A DNA stretch of 64,000 nt from the NCBI GenBank assembly GCA_965248445.1, contig CBDFJG010000003.1, positions 800,001-864,000 of the forward strand. The letters run 5' to 3'. Numbering within the stretch: position 1 is the first letter of the stretch; the number at the start of each line of letters is the position of its first letter. Source of the DNA: Planctomycetota bacterium (GTDB lineage Bacteria > Planctomycetota > JAJSAM01 > JAJVHW01). A program made the position numbers and the translations under genes. A model generated the notes under the pieces. It was not told the origin of the DNA and searched no databases. It saw only the letters and a program-made list of their open reading frames with translations. Positions 52,585 to 61,055 of this stretch are shown in pieces.

Positions 52585-53856
52585 ATGCACGGAGTGGTGA
52601 CGGTGATCCTGGGGGGCGGGCGCGGATCGCGCCTGCAGCCGCTAACCGCCGAGCGTGCCAAGCCCGCCGTGCCGTTCGGCGGGAAGTTCCGGCTGATCGA
52701 CATTCCGATCAGCAACAGCCTCCACGCCGGAATCTCGCGCATCTACGTCCTCACGCAGTACGCGAGCGCCACACTTCACAGCCACATCTCGGGCACGTAT
52801 CGCTTCGACCACTTCGGCAGCGGCGCCGTCGAGATCCTCGCGGCCGAGGAGAGCCTGACGAGCCGCGAGTGGTATCAGGGGACCGCGGACGCCGTCCGCC
52901 AGAACCTTCGCTACATCACCGACCGCCGGCCGGACGAAGTGCTGATCCTCTCGGGCGACCAGCTCTACCTGATGGACGTGCGCGCGATGGTCCAGCGACA
53001 CCGCGACCTCGCTGCCGACTTCTCCATCGCGGTGAAACCGGTCGCGCGGAGCATCGCTCACGGTCTCGGCATCATGCGCGTGGACGAGACGGGACGGATC
53101 GTTGCATTCGTAGAGAAGCCCACGGACGAGAGCGTGCTCGACGAGTTCGAGCTTCCCGACGCCGTGCTGGAGAAGCTCGGCATCCCGCCGCAGCGCGGTC
53201 TCGTGCTGGCGAGCATGGGGATCTATCTGTTCCGCGCTGGCGTGCTCTGCAACCTGCTCGCAAATCCGGGCGTCGACTTCGGCAAGGAGATCATCCCGGC
53301 CGCGCTCGCGGAGCATCGCGTGCAGGCGTTCGCACACACCGGCTACTGGGAGGACATCGGGACGATCGGGGCGTTCCACCGCGCGAGCATCGCGCTGACG
53401 CGCCCGCTACCGCCACTCAACCTGTACAGCCGCGACCGGCCGATCTACACGAACCCGCGCTTCCTGCCCGGCACCAAGATCAACAGCTGCACCGTCAAAC
53501 AGTCGATCCTGTGCGAGGGGAGCATCCTGACGGACAGCACGATCCGCCACTCGATCGTGGGCATCCGTGCGCTCGTGCGCGAGGGCGCGGTCATCGAGAA
53601 CTCGGTCGTGATGGGAGCTCGCTTCTACGAGCCAGAAACCGATCCCCCGCCCGGCGTCGTCGCCCAGGGGATCGGGAAGAACTGCGTCATCCGCAAGGCG
53701 ATCATCGACCTCGACGCGCGCATCGGCGACGGCGTGAAGCTGGTCAACGAGGCCGGCGTGCTGGAAGCCGACGCCGAGGACAGCTCGTGGTGCATCCGCG
53801 AGGGCGTGATCGTCGTGCCCCGCGCGGCCACGATCGCGCCGGGGACCGTGGTCTAG
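52585..53856 (+). CDS. glgC: Glucose-1-phosphate adenylyltransferase
   Basis: Motifs GGGRGSRL..LT..RAKPAV, WYQGTADAV, EKP, DFGKEIIP; C-terminal beta-helix. Confidence 0.97.
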   Translation: MHGVVTVILGGGRGSRLQPLTAERAKPAVPFGGKFRLIDIPISNSLHAGISRIYVLTQYASATLHSHISGTYRFDHFGSGAVEILAAEESLTSREWYQGTADAVRQNLRYITDRRPDEVLILSGDQLYLMDVRAMVQRHRDLAADFSIAVKPVARSIAHGLGIMRVDETGRIVAFVEKPTDESVLDEFELPDAVLEKLGIPPQRGLVLASMGIYLFRAGVLCNLLANPGVDFGKEIIPAALAEHRVQAFAHTGYWEDIGTIGAFHRASIALTRPLPPLNLYSRDRPIYTNPRFLPGTKINSCTVKQSILCEGSILTDSTIRHSIVGIRALVREGAVIENSVVMGARFYEPETDPPPGVVAQGIGKNCVIRKAIIDLDARIGDGVKLVNEAGVLEADAEDSSWCIREGVIVVPRAATIAPGTVV

Positions 53857-53861
53857 CTCCC

Positions 53862-55304
53862 ATGCGCGTCGCGATGACGTCGGCAGAGGTTGCGCCGTTC
53901 GCAAAAACCGGCGGGCTGGGTGACGTCGCCGTATCGCTCGGCCGCTACCTGCACGAGCATGGACACGAAGCCCGGCTGTTCCTGCCACTGTACGGCAATC
54001 TACGGACCGGCCGCGACACGCTGGTGCCCGTCGAGTTCATGCAGGGCATCCCGATCCGGCTGGGCGCGCGCGAGTTCACGATCTCGCTCTTCACGGCACC
54101 CGTGCCCGGCACGTCGTTCTGGGTGTACTTCATCTCGTGCCCCCCGCTCTACGCGCGGCGCTCGATCTATTGCATGGACGGCGACGAGCACCTGCGCTTC
54201 GGGTTGCTGTCGGTCGCGACGCTCGTCGCCTGTCAGCGCATGGCGTTCGCGCCTGACATCGTGCACGTACACGACTGGCACACCGCCCTGACGCCGCTGT
54301 TCCTGCGCACGCACTTCGAGTGGGACCAGCTGTTCGCGAACACGAAGACCGTCCTGACGCTGCACAACCTGGCGTATCAGGGGATGTTTCCCGCAGACGT
54401 CCTGCCGGAGCTCGGCTTGCAGGAGTTCGCCGGCAAGTTCGAGATGCAGGATCTCGCCGCGGGGCGCGTCGGCTTCATGAAGACAGGCATCCTGTACGCG
54501 GATGCCGTGACGGCCGTCAGCGAGACGTACGCCCGCGAGATCCGCCGGCCCGAGCACGGCCTGGGCCTGGACGGGCTGCTGCGTGCGCGCGCTGCGTCGG
54601 TGCACGGGATCACGAACGGCGTGGATTACTCGGTGTGGTCGCCCGAGAAGGACGAGCTGATCCCGCATCGGTTCTCCGCGGACGACCTCTCGGGCAAGGC
54701 GAAGTGCAAGCGGCACCTGGTCGAGACGCTCGGCATGAAGTACGACAAGGATGCGCCCGTCGTGGGGATCGTGTCGCGGCTGACGTCCCAGAAGGGCTTC
54801 GAACTCACGGTCGACGCGCTGCCGATCATGCTGCGCGATAGCCCGGCCCAGCTCGTCGTGCTCGGATCGGGTGAGCCGAAGCTCGAGCAGTTCTTCGCCG
54901 CGCTAGAGCGCCGCTTCCCGGAGAAGGCGCGGTTCATCAACCGCTACGACAACGAGGCCGCCCACCTGATCGAGGCCGGCGCCGACATGTTCCTGATGCC
55001 GTCGCTGTTCGAGCCGTGCGGGCTGAACCAGATGTACAGCCTGCGCTACGGCACCGTCCCCATCGTGCGCCGGACCGGCGGCCTGGCCGACACCGTGGAC
55101 CTGTACGACCCCGAGACGGGAGAGGGCACGGGCTTCGTCTTCGACCACTTCACGAAGGCCGGCTTCAGCTGGGCCCTCGACCAGGCGTTCACGGTCTGGG
55201 AGGACAAGAAAGCGTGGCGCCGCCTGCAGAGGAACGGCATGGCGCGCGACTTCTCCTGGGACCGCCAGGTCACGAAGTACGTCGCGCTCTACGAGTCGCT
55301 GTGA
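53862..55304 (+). CDS. glgA: Glycogen synthase (GT5)
   Basis: Motifs KTGGLGDV, HDWH, HNLAYQG, SRL..QKG, PSLFEPCGLNQ. Confidence 0.97.
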   Translation: MRVAMTSAEVAPFAKTGGLGDVAVSLGRYLHEHGHEARLFLPLYGNLRTGRDTLVPVEFMQGIPIRLGAREFTISLFTAPVPGTSFWVYFISCPPLYARRSIYCMDGDEHLRFGLLSVATLVACQRMAFAPDIVHVHDWHTALTPLFLRTHFEWDQLFANTKTVLTLHNLAYQGMFPADVLPELGLQEFAGKFEMQDLAAGRVGFMKTGILYADAVTAVSETYAREIRRPEHGLGLDGLLRARAASVHGITNGVDYSVWSPEKDELIPHRFSADDLSGKAKCKRHLVETLGMKYDKDAPVVGIVSRLTSQKGFELTVDALPIMLRDSPAQLVVLGSGEPKLEQFFAALERRFPEKARFINRYDNEAAHLIEAGADMFLMPSLFEPCGLNQMYSLRYGTVPIVRRTGGLADTVDLYDPETGEGTGFVFDHFTKAGFSWALDQAFTVWEDKKAWRRLQRNGMARDFSWDRQVTKYVALYESL

Positions 55305-55570
55305 AGGCTGCGGCGCTGCCGCTTCTCCTCGCCACGCTGACGAGCTGCGCCTCTCTCGAACCGCTGCGCCCCATCGAACCCCGCGCACGCGACTCGCTGC
55401 CGACACAGGCTCTCAAGGGGATCGCCTACGTGCCGGCGGCGCTCGTTCTCGGGACCGGCGTGCTCGCGGCGGACATCGCCTGCGGCGTGGCCCGCCAACG
55501 AGCCGAGGAGGTCGCCGTCGACGAGGAGCTCGGACGGCCGGAGCGCGACATGCGGCGGCAGATCTACTGA
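55301..55570 (+). CDS. Small putative lipoprotein
   Basis: GTG overlaps the glgA stop; (M)KAAALPLLLATLTS-C lipobox-like; second hydrophobic segment. Confidence 0.55.
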   Translation: MKAAALPLLLATLTSCASLEPLRPIEPRARDSLPTQALKGIAYVPAALVLGTGVLAADIACGVARQRAEEVAVDEELGRPERDMRRQIY

Positions 55571-55580
55571 CCTGCGCCCT

Positions 55581-56339
55581 CTAGCACAGCTTCTTGAGGT
55601 ACTTCGGGAGCATCTCGCGCCACGTCGGCCAGTTGTGGTCGTAGTCCTTGCCCCACTGATCGACGCGGTTGGGGATGCCGCGGCTGCCGAGGACCTTGGC
55701 CAGGCGCCACGACTGGGCCGGCTCTTCCCACGGACCGTCGCCGGTCGGCAGGTACGCGGTGCGCGTGCGCAACAGCTTCAGCTGCTCGGACTCGTCGTCC
55801 AGTCGCGGGAGGAAGTGCATCGGCGACGAGAGGCAGAAGTCCATCGGATACGGCGGTTCGAGCCACTTCGTCATGTCGTACGTGCCGCTCATCCCGATCG
55901 CGGCCTTGAAGACGTCGGGGTGCTTGCAGAGCGCGGCGACTGCGTTGAACGCGCCGATGGACGCGCCCGCCGTGATGATCTCGATGTCCGGGCTCTCGCA
56001 GTCGTGCCGGATCCAGGGGACCAGCTCGTGCCGGATGAACCGGTCGAAACGGGCCTGCGCCGCGGCGTAGCTCGCGGTCGTGCGCCCCTCCGCCGACATC
56101 GCGCGGCCGCCGATCGAGTCGCACGAGTAGACCTTGATGCGGCCCGCGTCGAGCAGCGGACGCAGCACGTAGATCATCTTGAAGCGCTCTTGCTCCTCAC
56201 CGTCGCCACCGGCCGTCGGGAAGAGCAGCACGGGCGTGCCCATGTGGCCCCACCGCGCGCACAGCACCTCTTCGCCCGCGTGCTGCGACTGCATGCGAAC
56301 GGTTGTCTTCCTGTCTCTGTTCGTGTCCGTGCCCGTCAC
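55581..56339 (-). CDS. Alpha/beta-hydrolase (putative esterase)
   Basis: Motifs WGHMGTPVLLFPT, nucleophile elbow GASIG, SGTYD, HNWPTW. Confidence 0.88.
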   Translation of the reverse strand: MTGTDTNRDRKTTVRMQSQHAGEEVLCARWGHMGTPVLLFPTAGGDGEEQERFKMIYVLRPLLDAGRIKVYSCDSIGGRAMSAEGRTTASYAAAQARFDRFIRHELVPWIRHDCESPDIEIITAGASIGAFNAVAALCKHPDVFKAAIGMSGTYDMTKWLEPPYPMDFCLSSPMHFLPRLDDESEQLKLLRTRTAYLPTGDGPWEEPAQSWRLAKVLGSRGIPNRVDQWGKDYDHNWPTWREMLPKYLKKLC

Positions 56340-57580
56340 GTCTGTGCCTCCTCGTCCCGCCAACGCTGAATCGCCTGCCAGAACTTCTCGGTGAACTCGT
56401 CGATCTCGTGCGCCGGGTAGAGCGACTCGACTTTCGCGCGCACGAATCCGTGCGCCTCGTCGCCGCCGAAGAACTCCCACGCGACCTCGTCCAGGTCGCC
56501 GAGATGCTCTCCGCAGAACTCCTCGAAGCGCGCTGTGTCCAGCCGTTCGTCGGCGATGCCCGCGTACCCGCTGAGCCGCTCGCGGTACGACAGCCCCTCC
56601 TCGGCGGCGATCTCGTAGTACGCACCCCAGTCGAGGTTCTTCCGCATCTCGCGCCCGGTGGCCGCCACGAAAATCGACCAGCGGAGCTTCGCGAGAACGA
56701 GCCATGGGAAGTGGTAGTGGAGCGACGTGACCTGGGAGTCGGGACACGCGTTCGCGAAATCGATCGGGTGGAACACTCCGTCCTGCCGGAGCATCTCGCA
56801 GGAGTTGAAGTCCCAGCCGAAGAAGCTGTTGATCGTCAACGTCATGTCGCGCAGTAGCGAGAGCTCGTCGCCGGTGACGTCCGGCGCCTCCTCGCAGTAC
56901 CGTCCGTGCAGCGGCGCTGACGGGTCGTACTTCACTGCACGCACCTGTGGGCCGACGCCGACACACCGCACGAACAGATCGTGCGGGAGCACGGCCTTCT
57001 GCAGGAACATCAGCCGCTTGCCGCTCTTCTCGTACGCAGCGCGCAACTGCTCTTCGTCGTCGATGCGCGTGACACCGACCCATGCGCCGCCGTCATACGG
57101 CTTCATGAACAACGGATAGCCGATCTCGCTTCCTACTTCGCCGATGTCGAAGAGCTTCGCGTAGCGCTTCAGCGTGACCTCGAGATCGGGGGTCGACCAG
57201 TCGTACTCCTTCGGCGGCACCAACCACGTCTCGGGGACGGGCATGCCGAGGCGCATCATCGCCGCGTACGTGGTCTGCTTCTCCATCGACTGGATCGACC
57301 ACGGGTTGTTCAGGACGTACAGGTCGTCGACGAGGATCGCCTTCTTGATCCACTCGCGCGAGAGGTGGTACCAGTGCGTGACGCGGTCGAGCACGACGTC
57401 GTAGCGCGACGGCGCGCTCAGGTCGAACGGATCGATCTGCATACGCGAAGCCGCCAGACGCACGGTGTCGCCGCCGATCCGGATGCGCGGATCCAGACGT
57501 TTCAAGATGGTCTCGTAGCACGCCGGCCAACAGAGGTCGGCTCCCAGAGAGAGACCGATTCTCTTCGTGATCTCCGCCAT
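56336..57580 (-). CDS. RimK/glutathione-synthetase-like ATP-grasp ligase
   Basis: Motifs LNNP, P.TWLVPPK, GYPLFMKPYDGGAW, FNSCEM, IDFAN..PD. Confidence 0.88.
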   Translation of the reverse strand: MAEITKRIGLSLGADLCWPACYETILKRLDPRIRIGGDTVRLAASRMQIDPFDLSAPSRYDVVLDRVTHWYHLSREWIKKAILVDDLYVLNNPWSIQSMEKQTTYAAMMRLGMPVPETWLVPPKEYDWSTPDLEVTLKRYAKLFDIGEVGSEIGYPLFMKPYDGGAWVGVTRIDDEEQLRAAYEKSGKRLMFLQKAVLPHDLFVRCVGVGPQVRAVKYDPSAPLHGRYCEEAPDVTGDELSLLRDMTLTINSFFGWDFNSCEMLRQDGVFHPIDFANACPDSQVTSLHYHFPWLVLAKLRWSIFVAATGREMRKNLDWGAYYEIAAEEGLSYRERLSGYAGIADERLDTARFEEFCGEHLGDLDEVAWEFFGGDEAHGFVRAKVESLYPAHEIDEFTEKFWQAIQRWRDEEAQT

Positions 57581-57643
57581 GAACGCGCTCCATCCCGGCA
57601 GGGCATCCGCCGACACTTCGGCGCGCTCTCGGCGGGGAATCCC

Positions 57644-58783
57644 CTATTCGTACACGAGTCCGAGCGGCCCTGGGAAAAGCCAACTGAGGGACTCCCGAAG
57701 GCGGTCCCGCCAGTTCTCCCAGTTGTGCCCGTCGCGGGACTCACGGTAGCGGACTCGCATGCCGCTTTGCGCCAACGGCGTCTGGAGCGCACGGTTATCC
57801 GCGATCAGGGACTCGTAGCGGCCGCAGGTGACGAAGACCCGCTCCGCCACGGCGGCGGGATTCTCGCGGTACGCGTTCACGAACTCGACCACCGGCCCGA
57901 GGGCCGGGTGGAACTCTTCGTAGCCCGTGTCGTTGAAGCGGAACGAGCCTGACTGGAGGAGCAGCTTCCCGAACGTCCCCGGGTGCTTCCAGGCCGTCCA
58001 CAGGGCGGCGACCGCCCCGAGGCTGGCTCCCATCAATCCACGGTCGGACGGGTCATCGAGAAGCGGTAGCTGTGAGCTCAGTCCTGGCAGCAGTTCCTCG
58101 GCCACGAAGCGGGCGTGGTCGTCGCTCGCGGTGTAGTCGGTGAAGCGGTCGGGGGACTGGCTGAGGGCGACCACCAGCGGAGGGATCTCGTACCGGTGGA
58201 TCAGGTTGTCCAGCACAGTCTCGAGGTCGCAGTACTTCCGGTAGTCCTCGCCGTCGAAGGCGACCAGGAGCGGGTACCGGCGGGTCTTCTGGAGCCGGGC
58301 CGGCAGGTAGACGCGCACCTCGACGTCGGCGTCGTGGGTGTCGGAACGGACCGTCATCGTCTCGAGCGTGCCCCGCCGCGCCTCGGAGTCGGGCAGGGTC
58401 CAGTCCGGCCGCTGGTAGCCCTCGCCGTAGCACACGGAGTTCAGGCCGTAGGGATCGCGCGCCGTGTTCGGGTTCAGCGGATCCAGCGTCAGGCGGGGGT
58501 GGCTCCCCGCGTGCACCTCGAGCTTGTACTCGATGCGAGAACCCGGCGGGATCTCCATGGTCAGGAACCAGAGGTCGGTGCCTTCGATACGCAGGAACGG
58601 CTGCAGGCTCGGGAAGCCCATGATGAAGTGCCGCAGGCGCACGTCGTCGGCCTCGCCACGGTACAGGTACGTCACCGAGTGCCCCTCGACGAGCGGACAC
58701 GCGATGCGCCCGAGGAACGCGTCGACAGCAGCGGCGTCCGGAGCCGCGTCGCCCTCCATCAGCCGGTGAATCGCGAGGCTCAC
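57644..58783 (-). CDS. Fes-like esterase with N-terminal E-set/CBM48-like domain
   Basis: N-terminal VTYLYRG...LW......G..IEYKL....DPLNP; C-terminal VYLP, GASLG, GHNW..W. Confidence 0.88.
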   Translation of the reverse strand: MSLAIHRLMEGDAAPDAAAVDAFLGRIACPLVEGHSVTYLYRGEADDVRLRHFIMGFPSLQPFLRIEGTDLWFLTMEIPPGSRIEYKLEVHAGSHPRLTLDPLNPNTARDPYGLNSVCYGEGYQRPDWTLPDSEARRGTLETMTVRSDTHDADVEVRVYLPARLQKTRRYPLLVAFDGEDYRKYCDLETVLDNLIHRYEIPPLVVALSQSPDRFTDYTASDDHARFVAEELLPGLSSQLPLLDDPSDRGLMGASLGAVAALWTAWKHPGTFGKLLLQSGSFRFNDTGYEEFHPALGPVVEFVNAYRENPAAVAERVFVTCGRYESLIADNRALQTPLAQSGMRVRYRESRDGHNWENWRDRLRESLSWLFPGPLGLVYE

Positions 58784-59751
58784 GGCGTGCCTCCGGCGAC
58801 GCCTTTCACTTCGGTCAGCTCCGTCACGCGGCCATCGGTGCGCAGGCGGCGGGCGCCGTCCCCGAAGAGCGTCCAACCCTCGCCCGTGCCGCCCCAGATC
58901 AGCCCGGACGCGTCGTCGAGCGCAACGCACGTCCGGGGTGCGAAGCGGCGCGCGAACAGCGCGACGCTCTCCCGGTCGTCGAGCCGCATGCGACGCGAAG
59001 CGTGGGGAAGCGCGACCACGCGGGGGCAGAGCCCCAGCCCGCTCTCGAGGGTCAGCGGGAGGCCGGGACCCTGCGGGGCGTTCTCGTGGTAGATGACGAT
59101 TTGCTTGCATGCGCACATCGCGCCGGCCGACCAGGCGAACAGTGGTCGCTCGCCGATCTGGGCCGCGATGTCGAACAGCCTGAGCCGGTTGCGCAGCACC
59201 GCCACGTGTCCTCCGGCGAACGCCACCGAACGGCAGTCCGCCAGGAGCTCGGAAACCCGCCCCCGCTGGACCACCACGCTTTCCCGCTCCGCCGGACGGA
59301 CGGCGTCCTCGAACTCGGCGTGGAGCTCCTCGGCACGGGTGAGGGCGCCGGCGTCGAGGTGCCGCACCTGCTCGAGCGCTTCCTCACGAGCCTGCTCGTC
59401 GAGGTCCTGCATGAGAGGGTCCGAGGACGGTCCCGGGAGGCGTCGAAGAGCATCCACCAGGTGGCCCAGCCTCTCTCGGTAGAGCTCCCGGGCGTGCCGG
59501 AGGCGGACGCGGCGCCGCCTCCAGGCTTCGAGAAACTCCGGGTCTCGTTCGAAGATCTGCTCCGTCCGCGCGTGGAGGCGTAAGTTGACGATCTCGTGCC
59601 CGAGGTGCGAGGACAGCTCGTCGATCTCGTCCTCGCGCTCCTCCCAACCGGCGGTGACCGCCGCAACCGGGCCCTCCGCTGCGACATGCCGGAAGGCCTG
59701 CGCCAATGTGGGCTGGTATCGCTGCGGTCCGAGGAGTACGACGGGGGGCAT
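58780..59751 (-). CDS. Peptidase S51-like (class I glutamine amidotransferase-like fold) protein with helical insertion
   Basis: Motifs VTAGW, AGGH, nucleophile WSAGAM, LPH. ATG 59751; stop overlaps the esterase start. Confidence 0.75.
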   Translation of the reverse strand: MPPVVLLGPQRYQPTLAQAFRHVAAEGPVAAVTAGWEEREDEIDELSSHLGHEIVNLRLHARTEQIFERDPEFLEAWRRRRVRLRHARELYRERLGHLVDALRRLPGPSSDPLMQDLDEQAREEALEQVRHLDAGALTRAEELHAEFEDAVRPAERESVVVQRGRVSELLADCRSVAFAGGHVAVLRNRLRLFDIAAQIGERPLFAWSAGAMCACKQIVIYHENAPQGPGLPLTLESGLGLCPRVVALPHASRRMRLDDRESVALFARRFAPRTCVALDDASGLIWGGTGEGWTLFGDGARRLRTDGRVTELTEVKGVAGGTP

Positions 59752-59805
59752 CGCCGGGCATCGTAGCGACGCGTTCGCCGGAGAGTGCGCGCAAGGAGAG
59801 CGAAC

Positions 59806-61026
59806 ATGCATGTGATCTTCATCGAGCCCCGTTTCCCCGTGAACCAGCGCGAATTCGTGCGCGGACTCCGCGAAGCCGGAGCCGTGGTCACGGGCATCGG
59901 AGAGTCGCCCCTGGGGGCGATGGACCCCGAACTGAAGAGCTGGATGGTCGGCTACGAGCAGGTGCCGTCCGTGTGCCACGAGGAGTCGCTGCTGGAGGCC
60001 GTGCGCACCGTGCAGAAGCGCGGGTGGGTGGACCGGCTGGAGACGACGGTCGAAGCGCACATCCTGCCGGCGGCCAAGGTGCGCGAGGCGTGCGGAATCC
60101 CGGGAACGTCGGTCCGCACCGCTTTCCTCTGCCGCGACAAACCCGCGATGAAGGACGCGCTGCGTGAGGCGGGAGTGCCGACCGCGCAGTCGATCGGGAG
60201 TGACTCGCAAGACGACATTCGCGCGTTCGTCAAGCAAGTCGGCTACCCGGTGATCGTAAAGCCGCGGGGCGCCGCAGGCGCCGCGGGAACGTACCGGGCA
60301 GACGACGACGACGAGCTGTCGCGCGTTCTGACCGAGTGCGGAGTCGGGAAGGGCGCTGACGTCGCCGTCGAGGAGTTCGTGGAGGGTCACGAGGGCTTCT
60401 ACGACACGCTGACGGCCGGTGGCCGCATCGTGCACGAGTTCGTCTCTCACTACTACCCAAACGTGCTGCACGCGATGCGGACGCGGTGGATCTCGCCGCA
60501 GATCATCGTGACGAACCGCGTCGAAGCCTCGAGCTACGACGAGCTCCGTCAGCTCGGCAACGAGGTGAACAAGGCGCTCGGGATCGAGACGTCGGCGACC
60601 CACATGGAGTGGTTCTACGGCCCGAAGGGACTGAAGTTCTCGGAGATTGGCTGCCGCCCCCCGGGTGTCAGCGTCTGGGACCTCTACAGCGCCGCGAACG
60701 AGTTCGACATCTACCGCGAGTGGGGCCATCTGATCGTCGACGGGGAGCCGCGGCAGCGCCGCTCACTGCGCTTCTCGACCGGGATGCTCAACCTGCGCCC
60801 GGAGGCCGACGGCACGATTGCGGGCTACGACGGACTCGAGCAGGCGATGGAGCGGCACGGGGAGTGGATACTCGACCACCACATCCCGCCGGCCGGCTCC
60901 CCCACGGCGCCGATCGCGGGCGGGTACAAGGTCAACGCCTGGATGCGACTCCGCCACTCGGACTACGACGAACTTCGCAGGATCATGACGGACATCGGCG
61001 AGACGGTGAAGGTCAGGGTGCGCTGA
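59806..61026 (+). CDS. ATP-grasp ligase (paralogue C)
   Basis: Motifs RDKPAMK, GYPVIVKPRGAAGA, EEFVEGHE, HMEWF, EIGCRPPG; RBS AAGGAG. Confidence 0.92.
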   Translation: MHVIFIEPRFPVNQREFVRGLREAGAVVTGIGESPLGAMDPELKSWMVGYEQVPSVCHEESLLEAVRTVQKRGWVDRLETTVEAHILPAAKVREACGIPGTSVRTAFLCRDKPAMKDALREAGVPTAQSIGSDSQDDIRAFVKQVGYPVIVKPRGAAGAAGTYRADDDDELSRVLTECGVGKGADVAVEEFVEGHEGFYDTLTAGGRIVHEFVSHYYPNVLHAMRTRWISPQIIVTNRVEASSYDELRQLGNEVNKALGIETSATHMEWFYGPKGLKFSEIGCRPPGVSVWDLYSAANEFDIYREWGHLIVDGEPRQRRSLRFSTGMLNLRPEADGTIAGYDGLEQAMERHGEWILDHHIPPAGSPTAPIAGGYKVNAWMRLRHSDYDELRRIMTDIGETVKVRVR

Positions 61027-61055
61027 CCGGATCTCCCGCCGCGCGATTGCACTCC

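Noticed and set aside
49986..61026. RiPP (graspetide) biosynthetic cluster reading of the ATP-grasp genes
   Set aside because: No precursor peptide with repeated cores and no exporter. The only nearby small ORFs are a lipoprotein-like and a histone-like protein.
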